64,000 bases of DNA from Epiperipatus broadwayi (GCA_028023455.1 JAQFVV010000003.1:19406001-19470000), one strand, 5' to 3'; shown: positions 13,610 through 28,800, counted from the first letter of the stretch. Notes: generated by a model not told the origin, from the letters alone. Numbers and translations are program-made.

Positions 13610-15043
13610 AACAGCCAACTGATAATTATATGTAAATTACATCACCACAATTCCCCCCCTTAAACAGCAATCTGTTGTCAAAAGAATAATACAATTAGGC
13701 AATAAATGGAAGTTTTATTTTCTAATTTTAATAGTGCTATGACAACAGATTGCTGATATTCTATTAGCTTACTGCCTAATTATAGTACTGCCTTGATTAA
13801 TATTCAGTTGGTTTGCTTAAGCATGAGGGCTATGATATAACATAGAGAAAGATAGACAGTAAGAATATTTTCCATATTTCTTCTGTATTTTTTATAATTA
13901 TCATAAAATTAATTAATAGAAAAAAATAAAAAATATTTGTGATATAAATGGACTTTAGATTTTGAGGATATATATATGTAATAGGATAGAAAAAGGATTC
14001 AATTTATAATAGGAAATAATGTTTGGTTATATTATCTATATGATAAACTATTTTACGTATTCATGAATTTATTTATATATGATCAAGTTAAATAAAACAA
14101 ACATTGTTATGATAAAAGAAAGGGGACATGTTTAATTATTTATAATTTAATCAATGCACAAAAACGATATAAGATGAAAGAAAATTATAATACTACATAA
14201 AGAATAAGTATATGCCTGTCATGGGGGCTGGATTGGGCAAAGTTCAAGCAGGTTTAAGATTTTTTTTTTTTAAAGTGCAATCCATAATCAACTTATTCTG
14301 GTTTTGAATAATAAATAGATCATGATAAATATTTTAGCTAAAGGTTAATCGAGAGTAAAAAAATTACTAAAACCATAATCCCTTCATAGTTGGCTGATCT
14401 GTGAAGTAATGTCTTCTCTCTTATAGTCCCTCTATAGATGACTATTGAATATATCATTCAACAGAGGATCATATAAAGACTGTTTTATCAATATCCCATA
14501 CATACAATGAAATTTTAATGAGTACAAAAAATATTAAGAAAAGTTATTATTTTTTTCCCTAAAAAAGTTTTAATACAAAATATTTCTTGAAAAAAAAAAA
14601 GGATGATAAATCATATTCATTAAGATAATAAAAAAATGTTTTGAAAAAAATACCTTTAATTTTGTATGTTTCTAAAAAATCTATAGTTGCTATGTTTTCC
14701 AGGTTCTTCCATTGCCGTGTAATATAATATCCAGAATAAACTAAAATTACATTAATATATATATATATTTGTTTTTGTTTATTTATAAATATATGCTTAT
14801 TCTAACAAAATTAACATAAATACAATAAACACATAAAGAGTTATTACTGTTGTTAATTGTATACTTTTTTTAGGCTTGAACCACTTTTACAGCAAAAAAT
14901 ACATTTATAATATATTAGCTAAATATTCAAATAATTCATTTCACAATCTTTGACAAAATATGACAATTAACTGGGATAGCATAGAAAAGTCTATTAAATA
15001 ATTAATGGTACATTAAAATAACAGTATTACTTAAGAAATACAT

Positions 15044-16404
15044 ATCATCATCATCAACCATTATCAATCCACTGCAGGATGAAGGTCTCTCCAAGTTTAA
15101 TCCATCTTCTCTGATCTTTAGCTTCTCTTCTCCGCATCACCCCTGCACACTTTCTTATTTCATCCATCCATCTCACAAGTGATCTCTTTCTGGGTCTTTT
15201 ACAATCTCTTAAAATCCAGTTTAAAATTTCAATTGTCCATCTATTATCGTCTCTTCTAGCAATATGCCCAGCCCAACTCCACTTCAATCTTTTAATTTTT
15301 TCAATGAGATCAGTAACACCTGTTTGTTCTCTTACCCATACATTGCGTTTACGAACTCTTCTTGTTACTCCCAACATACATCTCTCCATACTTCTTTGAG
15401 TGGTCTGAAGTCTCTGTATTGCTCTTCTATTAAGTGTCCAAGTCTCAGATCCATAAGTAAGAACTGGTAAAACACATTTGTTAAAAACCTTCCTTTTCAA
15501 ACACATAGGCATATTTCCTTTTAGTATCAAGTTATTTCTACCAAAAGCACTCCAACCAAGTTTAATTCTATGATTAATTTCCTCCATTATGTTTCCATCT
15601 GTATTAATAATCTGACCAAGATATCTGTAACAGTTAACTTCTTCTAATTCATCATAATCAATCTTTATTTTCATATTTTGAGCAAATCGATTAACATTTA
15701 TCTTTAGTCCCTCTTTCCTACTTTCATCTGATAACTCCTGCAACATTTCTTGCAGCTCTGAAGCATTATTTGCAAAAACAACTACATCATCTGTAAAATC
15801 TAAATGACTTAAATAATCTCCATTTACTTTCAACCCTCTAGCTTCCCATTTTAATTCACAAAATACTTCTTGCAGCACTGCTGTAAAAAGTTTTGGAGAT
15901 ATAGAGTCACCCTGTCTTACACCCTTTTCAATGTTGATTTTCCTACTATCATTATGTAATCTAATTGTTGCTGTTGCATTTTTATAAATATTCTTTAAAA
16001 TATGACAATATTCTGGATCTACACCTTGATGATCCAATGCTTTAATCACTGAAAAAATGTTTATAGAATCAAATGTCTTTTCATAATCCCAAATCCTAAG
16101 CATAATGGCAACTCATATTCATTTGTCCTTTCTATAACTTCTCTCAATACCTGGATATGATCTACTGTACTAAAACCACTTTTAAATCCAGCTTATTCTC
16201 TTGGTTGGTGGAAATCCAGTGTTTTCTGTAGACGAGTTGTAATTATCTTAGTAAAATTTTTGTATAAAACTGATAAAAGACTGATAGGTCTGTAATTTCT
16301 AATATCTTCTTTATCACCTTTTTTAAATATTAATATTAATACAGCATTCTTCCAATCATCTGGTACATCTTTAGCATTTAGACATTTGGTATATAACTTT
16401 GCTA
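15044..16404 (-). mobile_element. 5'-truncated RTE-clade LINE, reverse transcriptase pseudogene
   Basis: Translation covers KKGDKEDIRNYRPISLLS, DYEKTFDS, GVRQGDSISPKLF, HLDFTDDVV, YRYLGQ, GSETW and WAGHIARR. It carries a stop (16193-16195), a frameshift near 16095 and a (GAT)n 3' tail at 15044-15056. Confidence 0.95.
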
Positions 16405-19400
16405 AAAAAAATTCTATTTCAGGTTAAATAAATATAAATATTATTACAAACATTCTATACCAAATATCTGAAATTATATATATATAAAATATTTTAGATA
16501 TTTTATAAATTTTCCATATGTAAAAAAAAACTCAGTACTCATTTCACAGATATTCTACATAAGATTTGAGCTTTATATATCAAATAAAGCCACAAAAACT
16601 GCAATGGAGATGCTAGTTGATAAATAAAAAAATTTAAACAAACAATTTTCCCTTTTTAATAGAATTCTCTGACTACTTAATAGAATTTGTGATTAAAAAA
16701 ACATAATTCTATCAAACAATTCTCATTATTATTACTTTTATAGTCTTTGAACTCAAAACAAACCATTTTTGATATGAAATCAAACTGACAAATTCTATTT
16801 AAATGAACACCTACAAACAAGATTTGTAAGTGAATATCATATTTTCATAAATTTTCACAGTTGAACACATTCATTAGAAAAAAAGACATTGTGATGTCGA
16901 ACATAATTGCAAAATTTAATGCATAATTTTATAATAATACTATACAAGCTATAAAACATTGTGTAATTTACTAAAAAATAATACAGTGCTAATACAAACT
17001 TGAGTAATTTAGTCAAAAATAATTCACAATAATGAAGCCATAATTTATTAATAAATTCATATATAATTGCCAGAAATAATCTTAAGATTCTTTTTTTAAA
17101 AAAATAAGTTCTTTATTATGTTGGATTATTTTTTATATAAATTATGCAAATAAATAAATAATCGAATGACTTTATTACTCGAGATTTCATATAGTTTGTA
17201 CTATTTTTTTTAAAAAAATTAAGCAATACATGCTCACATTAACTTATATAAAATTTGCTTTGAGCTTTTTTCTTCTGAAAATGTTAAATTTTATTGATTG
17301 GTATCTTCATTATGTTTTGGTTACTCTATTTGGTATAGTGTATTTGAATGTTATGTATAATATCTGTGCAATAAATACCAAAAACTCTTCCTTTCTTTCC
17401 AAGCTATATTTTTGAAAGCAAATATTTTTACACCCCCCACACATCCCCCCCAAAAAAATTCCTTCTGTTTATCTCCTATAAAAAAACAAGTAATCTTTTT
17501 AATCTCATATCTAATTTTAGCAATTTTTTTCTCCTTTCCCCTTAATACATATTTATTAGCAACAAAACCTATCATTTTCTATATAAATAAACTAGTTTTT
17601 TCTACAAAAATTTCAAATTACTTTTCCAAAATCCTTTTAATTAAATCTAAAAAAATATTTTAATTAATCAACATGTAAATTAAAGAACAAGATTCTTAAT
17701 TTATTAATCTTGTAAATTAAACTAAAATTCGAAAGCATTGTTTGAATTTATTATCTTCTAAAATATTTTGTTGTATAAAAATAATGCCTATACCAACAAA
17801 ATGGAGTGTATGTACTCATTTATCAACCTGCTAGTGCAGAGAATGGCTCTGGCATACATCTACCAGACCAGTGCCAGCAATGGATGAGCCAACATTAACA
17901 AATTGCATTTATTATTCGTCTGTACAATTTTATTATGTCAATAAATATATTTTTAAAATTAAAAATAATGCCTATTATTAAAAAAATATTTTAATTAACT
18001 AATTTATAATTTGAAAGTCAATCTTTTCTTTTTATTGTTATTTAGTGAAGGACTATATTTATTAGGTAAAGAGCCCTTTTAATCATTCTTTCATTAAATC
18101 TTATATTTTCAATCATTTTAATTTTATGTTGTTTTTTATTATTTTATTCTACAATTTTTGTCATTAAAATCTTTTTCAATCTTGTCTTCAATTGATTCTT
18201 AGTGATAGATATAAATATTTATGTTGATTAAGTAAAATATTCTTTATAATTAAAAGTTTATATTCTGGATTAAAAATCAAATAATAAGACATTCTAATTT
18301 TTACACAAAAAAAAAAGTACTAAAAATACAATCAGTAGTTGTCATTTAAATTATAATTCCATATAGGATAATTTAAAATTTAAAAAAATTAAATTTTAAA
18401 ACTTACCATAATTTACAATTTATGAATAAACATACATTTATTGTTTGAAAATATTTAAAATCTAAATTTTATAATAATAATTATATTTTCAGAGCTTTAT
18501 TGTTTTTTATGTTATTTTAATTTTATGGAACATATAATAGTTTATCTGTATTATTATGTAATCAGGTTATTGTTAAAAGTACATCTTCAATCAAATACAT
18601 AAAAAAATCAATATGATATATATGTTAGGCTAAAAGTTAAGAGATAAAATAAAATTCTTAAAAATGAGCATGAGATAATAAATTGTTTTTAGATTTAGAC
18701 AAACTGAAGTAGTTTGAAAAAAAATTGTTAACTTTCAAAAATGAAGTTTGAAAAGAAAAGTAAATATATTTTTTGATATGTTGGCTATTGTAATTTTTTT
18801 TTCAGATATCTTAAAGCAAATTTATACTAATATTTTATAAAAATATGAAAATACTTAAAATATTGAGATAGTCTTTAATTTTGATAATACTGACACATTT
18901 GTTTCAATAAGCAATAAAAATGATGACTGGAGTTTTATTTTTTTAAATTATTAATAGAATTATTGTGATTGTTGATAATAGATTCACAATGTTTAAAAAA
19001 ACCATGCAAAAATAGTGCAAGGTTAAGTAAATCAGTAATATTTATTAGAACAAATAAAATTAGGGATATTAATATTGTAATGTCTAATATTTAAAATGAT
19101 TAAAATAAAATACAATAAATGATGCATAGTATGTATCCTGTATTGTACTACCTTAGTCTTAAAAAAATTGTTGGCTTACTTTATTTTTTTAATTGTTTTA
19201 AAAAGAATTAATAATTTATATTATTAATAAATAATGATTAATAAAGACAATATTCATAAATTTCTTATGTTAAATTTTCTCAATCGATCATATATAAAAT
19301 TGTACATTGTAATAAAATTAATATTTTATTATTATTATTATTATAAAGATTTAAGAGGTTGAATTATATATTAATAGATTTGTTTTATTAGTATTTTTTT

Positions 19401-22400
19401 AATTTACATGAACATAAATAAACAGAATAATCAATTATTATTTAGAATGTGGATGCATGTATATGTATTTTATGTTTATACAATTAAATCAGTATTAAAT
19501 TATATGTATTTAAAATATTGATTTTATATATAAGTGTTTAGATAAGTATTTAAAAAAAAAAATACAAATATTGTATATTAAATAAATAAATATATAAGGT
19601 ATGTTCATTTTTTTTTTAATTTATAATTTTAAAATGTATTTTAATATGCAGATTTATTTTAATATTATTATTTTTTAAAATGTTTATTTATTACAAAATT
19701 AAAAAAAAACAACATTTTTATCTCACGAATTCTGATGTATTTCAAAAAAATTTTTACTGAGTAAAATTTAGCTCATCATAACAAAAATCATAGAAATGGA
19801 TTAATTTGAATGAAACTATAGGAACAATATCTAAGATAGTGGCTTAGATGGGTCAATACCAGTAAAAAGACATATAACCTCCTGATCTTAGATTGGTTAG
19901 TCCCTCATTACTACTTGGATTTTACTATAAAAATGAATGACTAAGGAAAGAAAAACATTTGCTCCAAAAGACTACTATCTTTTGAGAAGTCTACTAACAT
20001 CTTATAAGAAATCAACTCATTGTATCATGCATTTGCAGTGTTACAGGAATATACTAATTTAAGGAATGATCTTAGTGTTATAGTGTTTAATATTAAGAAA
20101 GTAATGTGAAATTTATCATAGATTAAATTTTCAATGATATGACAATGTTCATTAAGGAATATTTAAGAATTAATCAATACTAATATTAATATAAACAAGG
20201 AAAACATTAACATCTCAATATTTTACTATGGAATATTTTATTTAAAACATATACTTTGTTCAAGTGGATAAAAATTTTTTTTTAAACACTATAATTGGGA
20301 TATGACTGGACTTGCTTATTTAATCTCTTCATGCCATGAATAGCATTATAGGATATTAATAAGAATTGTAAAGACTCATAAACTTTAATTTGACCATATT
20401 TCTGCAAATATTATTGTTGTGTTGATATATATTAATAAATATGCTTTTTAAATTAGTTAAAGGACATACCTGATAATTTTGGATATGTATGTTTTCATTA
20501 TTTATTTATTTACTTTAGAATGCATGTGTTTGTTTATAATATCTAGGTATACTAACCAAAAAGAAAATTTAGTTTAGCTTAAAAACAAAATTTATATATA
20601 CTTCCTGATATCAATTCTGTTTGTTTTATTTGAAATCTTATATTATGTTTGATTCTTTTTATTATACATATATATAAAGAGCAATAGATCTTAAGTATAA
20701 GAATTTATAAATTACTTTCATAATAGTATATATTTTAATATACATTAATAATACCATAATTTCTGTACTTAAATTAATAATTTTAATTTTATAATTATAA
20801 GAAAACAAGAAACAAACTAAACATATTTAGTTAAAATTTTTAAAATTTATATATATATAATTTTTAGTATTTATTTATAAGTATTTACATAAAATATAAT
20901 ATTTTGTTTCTGGTTTATTAGTGTATCATTCACAAGATCTGCTAGATACATAAATAAAATAAAATTTATACAACATATGCAATAAATAAAACAAATAATT
21001 AATTCATAATAATTGAGTAGCATAACAAAGATTATTTCATTTAAGTTATACATTTGTTTTTTGTTTAAAATATTTTATCTTATTAATTAAAATTGAATTT
21101 TGTAATTAGGTATAGTCTATTTATTATACTATATTTTAAGATCGGATTAAAAAATCTCTACATAATTTATTTGCATTTTAAATATTAGCTAGCCAAAAAT
21201 ATTGAATAAATACCTACATATTTTAATTTTTTTTTGTATTATTGTCACATTTCATCAATTATGTTCTAGTTACACTATTTATTTATTAATAGATGATCAT
21301 TTTAATATCTTTATACTCTTGTGGATATTGACACTTTAATACATGATTTGAATTGAATCAGTTACCTGAAATAATAAGTTTATTGATTACATTACAAAAT
21401 TGGCATCCAAACATGATGGATTATTATTATTTACCTGATAATAGTTGACTATTTTCTAATTAATACCATTACAGAAATTGGCTTCTCCAATTCATGGGGC
21501 ATGATAATCCAAAATATTAATTTATACCATTAGAGAAATATATTTGCAAGTATAATGAGTGAACATAAATTTGTTTGAGAAGACAATGTGCAAACATGAA
21601 TTGTTTCAGTAGCTTATATGCTTATTTATAGTGTATATTAAAATCTTAGCTTGTGTCAAGACAGGAATTGGTAGCTACTGTTAAAACAATTCACAATTAT
21701 AAAAAATTCATTTTAAAAGAAAACATAAATAAATGTAAGTATCTTGGTTTTGTATTTTTTTAAATATAAGCTTAATAATAATCCTGGACCAGAATATGAT
21801 GCACTGTGAGTAATAAAAGATTTATTATATGAAATAAAATTTGGTTTGTATAATTATACATTTTTAAACATAAAGATATATTTGTACCATCAAAAACAAA
21901 ACAAAAATAGTGTAAATTATTAATAATTATACTAGAGATATAACTGCTTAAAAATGTACATAAGAGAGGGAGGGTGGAGGAACTACTGTTAAACATGAAA
22001 AAAAAAAATATTTTTTAAATAAATCAAAATATTGTTTTAATAAAATGCTGTATGTCGTTAACACATTTGGAAAATAGCATTGAAGTGTTTATCAGTAATA
22101 AAATTATCAATAACACCTGGAAAAGGAGAAGGCTATGTTTATGAGTTTTGAAAACATTTTTTTTTTTCAGATGAATAGACAGACAGTTTAGCTATAAGAC
22201 AGAAAAACATAATTTTTAAATAGTTGTTATAACCATTGAAAAGACATTTAAAAAAAAGTAAATGAAAATCTTAAGACAATTTTCAAATGATTTTACTATT
22301 GAATACTGAACAAGATAACAAAAGCATTTAAAAAATATTTTTTTAATATATTCCTTAACCAAAGTTATGGATTCCTTAGTGAAAGCTATTATAACCTACA

Positions 22401-23689
22401 GAATGATTGGCTTGAGACTAATGGTAGATAGGATGATCATCAGCTTCAAATTACATAGTTTCTCAAATATTACTATGCTGGAAGAATCTACAAGGTTAAA
22501 TCTGAAATGATAGATTTCTGCCAGTTTGACACTTTAATTTGAACTACAGCAAATTGCCTGCCCAAAAGTATAAAATTGAGAAGTAAATATAGTGAAGGAT
22601 TTACAAACAATTACATTATACACCAAGAAAGGAGCTATACCAAAATTATAAATAATTTTGTAAATGTCAAATTACTTTCTATTTTGAATACCAATACATA
22701 AGAGAGAAATCCCATTTTCAGCATTTACCATGAAAAACAGTTTTAAAATATAGCTGTATCAGTTACCAATCAATATTTATGTGCCTAAATACCAAGCCAA
22801 TAGATGACTGTTAAAAGTTTATACTTTATTCAAATTTTAAGACACCTATACATATAGCTTGGGTGAAAAAGATAAGAGTGTATCTATTCTATCTTTTAAA
22901 AAGACTTTATCTTGTGTTTGGAAAAAAGAGTATTCTTTATAAATAGCGTTCCATATGTAAAGTGCATATGCTGAGGTGTAAGCTATGTTATTATTATAGT
23001 TATTATTATTATAATTAACAAATAATTTTTTATTTATTTATATACTCTACATACATATATATTATATTATATCAATAATTATGCGCTTATAACGCTCGTT
23101 AAAGAAGTTGTGTTTATTAATAATTTATTTAAAGCTTAGCACTTTCAAAGCTCTATGGTTTCATACTCATAGCTGTGCATAATTATTGATATTTTATAAT
23201 TTATGAGAAGTTAATAAACAAATTTTCAATACATATATATGTAATTTTGTTTCTTTATAAAATTTTAAGAGACTTCAATGGAGAAGCTAAGTTAAATTTT
23301 TTCTTCTTTCTCTTTCCAATTTTCTCTCTCACAAATAGTGGGAATAGAATGCATTCAATAAGATATTATCAAATTAAATTAAGTGCATTTTAAAGGAAGT
23401 ATTTAAACACAGTTTAATTAATGAAAATCTTTAGCATTGTAAATTTATTTAATCCTATAAAATGATGATATCTATTATTAGTAAAATTTCTTATTATTAC
23501 TAAAATGCTGGTTTCCTTTCTTCCCACTGTATTTTAAATATGTGTATATCTTATTTATAAAAGTAATTACACATCTGTGATTCAAGTTATAAGCATCCAT
23601 GCTTTGCACTTAGCAAGCTATCAGAAGCAATAACAATATTTTTTTAAATTTTACTTTAGAAGAATTTAAACATAGGTTTGTAAGAATGG

Positions 23690-24480
23690 CCTTCCCAACC
23701 AAAGAAAGTAGAGAACCATAGTTTGTAGATTTTACATTATTTAAGTATGAAGAAAACTGTCTTTACCAGCTGACCATTTAGCTGATCATGAAATGCAATT
23801 CATCTACAAAAAAAATGGGACTAGATTTGATTATCATTACTATTTTTATGGGTGTATAGTATTTGAAGATAATGAGAATATCATTAAGTCTGATATATCA
23901 AGTCATGTAACTGTGTACCTACTATTATTATACTCTAACCATATCCCAATTCATTTGACACACCAGCATATGCCCAGTAAGTGGTAGCATTGATCATTTT
24001 GCATAGTATTTCAATAATGTTTAGAGTGCGCATATTTACTTGTAAATCTCATTTTTATTTTCATGCCAATATGAAGTAGGTTGATCATCAAATTTACGAC
24101 ATCCTTCTCCCATCCTGGTGAGCTTGATTATCATCTGGAGTAGCTCACAATTATTTTTGCCTAACTCTTAATAATAAATCAAAATTGTAATATTTTAGAG
24201 GAATCAAATCACATCATGGTATAATAGTTGCATATCTGTCTCTATGTCTATAACATGAATTCAAATATAGGTTAAATAAACTTGAAAATTTTTCCATCAG
24301 GGTTGGAATTTTTCTTTTGATAGTCAATTCATAGACAACATAACTAGGTATCCAATATTAGTATGTAAATGGGTATCTGACAATTCAGAAACCTTCACCA
24401 TCCAGCATTAATGAATACTGTCTTTTCCTTCATTATTATTATGAAGAATTATTAGGGAGGCCGTTATCCTGTAGTGTGCC
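23690..24480 (-). mobile_element. Degraded Ty3/gypsy pol fossil
   Basis: Broken frames give LMEKFSSLF (pre-RT), DLQVNMRTLN (cf. LRxCxDxRxLN), LNDILII (YLDDILI) and FFVDELHFMIS (cf. CxFxxxExxFLG) in gypsy order, with many stops. Confidence 0.45.
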
Positions 24481-25015
24481 ATTTTAAAGCTGTTTTAACA
24501 TTCTTGTTAGAAAATATTTAACTATTGTTGAATAAGATGATTTTTTTTTTTTTACATTTTGTAAAAAAAATAAATCATCATCTGACTACAGGGAGTTTAT
24601 ACTGTGTTTAACCAAATAGGAATGAAAAGCAGTTATCCATGGAAGCAATCTGCATCCACTAAGAAGAATTCAGCAATTTAGAATCAGTGATTAATTTTAA
24701 AAATTGTATGAACTGAAGGAATGCCATCATATCTTGATGTTACAAGCTGGTGCTAAATCTCACCATTCACCTACAGTAATCCTGTAGTAATCACAACTCC
24801 ACATCATATCAACTTATTATTTATTTTGAAGAGTAAAAGACATTATATGTACATATTCTTTAAGCTGAGTGATAATATATATTTATAATATCTATTTTCC
24901 CTAACACACATTACAAGTGTTTATTGTTACTCTCATATTATGATTACTTTATTTATGTTTCTAAAATTGTATATATATAATGCTTATATTAATTCTGCTT
25001 TTGCAAAAAGGTAAG

Positions 25016-25690
25016 TTCATAAATGTAAATCACATAATAACAGCCCAGGCTTATCTATACCATTAATCTTCAATCTATCACTAAGGTAACCTCTACGGGT
25101 AAAAGATGGATTCCAACTTTCACTCTAATCTACGATCTTTATATAGACCAAAAAGTATTCATGATTTTGCACAAAACTAGATGATTCATAAATGTAAATC
25201 ACATATAACAGTCCAAGCTTATCTACATCATAAATCTTCAAACTATTGTCAAGGCAACATCTATAAGATCTTAGAGTAAGATAAAATCCATCTTTCATTA
25301 TAGATGTTGCCTTGACAAAAGATTAAAGATTTATGCTATAGATAAGCCTGGGTTGTTATCATAAGATTTACATTTAACTTTGCACAAAATCAGATTTATT
25401 ACTTAAATAATAATGAATTGCAGGGAGGTTTGAATGTTTTGAAAAAGATTATTATTAATCCACTTTTAAAAACAGGTTATATTTGACTGTTTAATAAGAT
25501 TTATTTCAACTTATAGAAATATAAAAATCTTAATCTGTCACAGTCCAAATGTCAACATTCTCATCTGTATTAATACCTTAGAGAAAATAATGGAATCCAT
25601 CTTTTATTCATAGAACTTCTTATTCACAACAGAATGAATATTTTTGATGTAGATAAGCTTGGGCTGATTACATAATTTATTTTATTAAAC
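25016..25690. repeat. Cluster of direct and inverted copies of one ~80-100 bp sequence, including a fold-back (25177-25378) with 11-bp TSD
   Basis: ttcataaatgtaaatcacat..aacag.cca.gcttatcta occurs at 25016 and 25185 and inverted at 25298-25376 and ~25580-25690. TTTGCACAAAA flanks the fold-back at 25166-25176 and 25379-25389. Confidence 0.75.
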
Positions 25691-26660
25691 TCTAATTGAC
25701 TTGTCAATTTAAAAAAAATATTTTTAAAGATATACTTTAATTGTTATATTTTCATATGCAGTAATAATTTTTATGATGAAAATTACTAATTAGTTTACAA
25801 ACAAAAGATGAATAATTATAAGAAGTTTTCTATATGTATCAGTAAAATTCAATGGCTGTTTCAGTAATTAAAACAGCCATCACATTTAAAGAATGTTTCT
25901 ATAAAAAATACATGCTGCTAAACATTTTCTGAAGGCATAATCCATAAAAATATATCCTGTTTATTGTTAGAAAAATATTCTGAATCAAGATATTCATAAT
26001 GTTAGAAAATATCATGTGAAAGGAAATAATATAATAATCGTTTTCAGGTTCATATGTAATCATTTGTAAACAATGTGATGGTTTTTATCATATGTGACCT
26101 TTATTTTTATTATTATTTCTCTCCAACAGACTTCCTCTTTCCAAATATACATTCTATCCAAATCATCTTTTTTGTTAATATTTTAATTAATTTTTGTATT
26201 TGTGGGTTATTTTAGAAAACTAAAGTAGCCCACTTGAATCCATGGACTCAAATAATTTATGGTTTCACTAATTCATGTTTTGAAAAAGTTAAAAATTCAT
26301 AAATTTGAATTTATAAATATCATATATACTGTTATTAAATATATATAAAAACAGTATATAGGTTACTCATAAAATTAAAACAGTTGTAATAGATTTTCTA
26401 TGTGTATCAGTAAGTGGTGGAAAACTTGATCAGTCTAAATATCAGGTGTATATATACACACTCAATGGTTAATTTCAGTAGTTAAAATGGCAAGCACATT
26501 CAGAAAATAAAGGCATGTGATATTTATCATTTTCTGGAGCAGGATAATAATAATCATACAAAATCATTTATTCTTTACGGTGAAAAATATATGTTATATT
26601 AAGTTAGTCATATTTAGATGCAGATAAAGAGATTATAAAAGACTTGTTTATTATCTACAG

Positions 26661-27815
26661 CAGTGTTTCCCAACCTGTGGTATGCAAGTTGCTGGTTGGT
26701 GGTACACGAAAAATAATCAATATTGGCGGACATAAAAAAAAATTAAATCATAAAAATATCATAGAAATGTTTTTTCCTATAATTCATAAAAATTATTTCA
26801 ATTAATAATATTATACAGTAAAGTTGTTAATATGTACAGTCGATAATGATCTTTAATGTTAATGATAAAATTGAAAGTATGATTAAGAAATTAGATTTTT
26901 GGAAACAGTGTATCAAAAACAATCAACTGGAAGTATTCAAAACAATACATATTTTTTGTTTGAAAATAAGGTTAGATTGTCTCAAGATATACGAGAAAAT
27001 ATAATAGCACATTTAACAGTATTAAAATTGTCTTTCATGGAATATTTTCCAAAACCCGAAAACACAAATGATAATTGGATTTCAAACCCCTTCTATGAAG
27101 AAAATTTAGAAAAAGCTACATCATTATCAATAAAGGATAAATAAAATTTAATAGAATTATCATGTGACAGAACTTTACAAGTAGAATTCAAACGACACAA
27201 TCTAATTAATTTTTGGTTAAACATTAAAGAATATGAACAACTTTCTGAGAAAGCTCTTAAATTATTATTACCGTTTACTAGTACGGAATTAGTAGAATGA
27301 GCTTTTTCTTCATATATTTTTTTAAAAAATAAGTATCGAAACAGATTGACCGCATCTTTTGAACCAAATTTCAAAAAATTATGTTCTTCGAAACAAGCAC
27401 AAGGATCTCATTAAATTTATTTTATAAAAATATTTGATTATGATAAGAAAATATATTAATTGGTTTTTTATAATTTTGTGTTTTTATTAAAACCATTTAT
27501 TAGTAAACGAAATATGACAAAATAATAGATAAATATGAAACTTTGAACAAACACATACATATATATATGTTACAGTGAGTTTATAATTTCAGTGAGTTTA
27601 TAATCTGGCGTGACGTTTAGGCATGTTTCAATGTAATTTGTCTCATTATGTGATGTGAATACATACATGGTCACCCTATAATATTTATAATGCAAATAAA
27701 ATAACACACTCATAATAACAAATTTCACGAAATACAATCATTTTTACGAAGTGGTACAATTTAGCATGATGTACTACCAAGTGGTATGCGAGCCAAAAAA
27801 GATTGGGAAACGCTG
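26661..27815 (+). mobile_element. hAT (Buster/Charlie group) internally deleted DNA transposon
   Basis: TIRs CAGTGTTTCCCAA / TTGGGAAACGCTG; perfect 8-bp TSD ATCTACAG (26653-26660, 27816-27823) with central TA. A broken hATC dimerisation-domain remnant (FWLNIK..EKALKLLLPFTST..E*AFS..KYRNRL..KQAQGSH*) spans ~26850-27414. Confidence 0.93.
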
Positions 27816-28599
27816 ATCTACAGTTTCAATTCATTATGGGAATGCTTGAAATCAAATGATAACAGACATGGAAATGAGGTGAGGTTGATGTAAATACTTA
27901 ATTCTGTGTTCCGATTCTTCTACATATAATTTTTATTCCACAAATACTTTTTCAAATTATATATAATAACTTCTGATTTTCATTATGATTATTTTTCACT
28001 ATCAGATTTCATACTGCTTTCATCTATTTATTGGTTTAAAAACCAAATTATCATTTAAGTAAACATATGAGTTTTCTTTGTAAATATAGACCAAGCAACC
28101 TGTCCACAAAGCATTTTCCTTGAACAGCAATAATAAATAAAAGTGAAGCGGTTTTATATCCTGCAAATGATTCCTATAAGCAATTCATAGTTGGCTGATA
28201 TCAAAATAAATCGTATTAGTCAGTAATGAAATCAGTACTTTATAAAAGAAAATGTTGTGGCAAGATATTTAGCAAGGACGTTGAACAATGCATGGAATTC
28301 TAATAGTGACATACAAAACGTTAGATTTTTTCATTTCCTTCTTTCCCTTTTAAATAAAACTTGACAAGTCGCTAATATTTTCAGAAGAAAGCATTTTAAA
28401 TACTTAGCAGAAATTGTTAAAGCAAATAAGACAAAAAAAATTCTTTTAACAAAATCTCATAGAAGATAATAGTCAAAGCAAGCAAATAGAAAAATGGTAA
28501 ATCAAAAAAAAATCAAATGCTAAATTTATTTGACAGTATTTGATTTGTATTGGTAATTTTTTTTTTTAAAAAAACCCAAACAAATTAATAATATATTGA

Positions 28600-28800
28600 T
28601 ATTTATGTTATCTAGGGCCATATGATGTAATAGCAGCACATCCTTCTTTCTTTCCATAATCTAGGTTTGAATATAGGCTGAATAAATCTGAAAATCTTTT
28701 CAACAGCTTGGGAATTTTCTTTCAGGGTCAAAACATGACAGACAATCAACCAATATTTAAAATATGTTTGGTTGTTCTAGTAATTAAAGTAACATTCAAG
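28600..28800 (-). mobile_element. Second gypsy-like fragment paralogous to ~24150-24380
   Basis: Nucleotide similarity, and KIPKLLKRFSDLFSLYSN vs KIPTLMEKFSSLFNLYLN. Confidence 0.45.
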
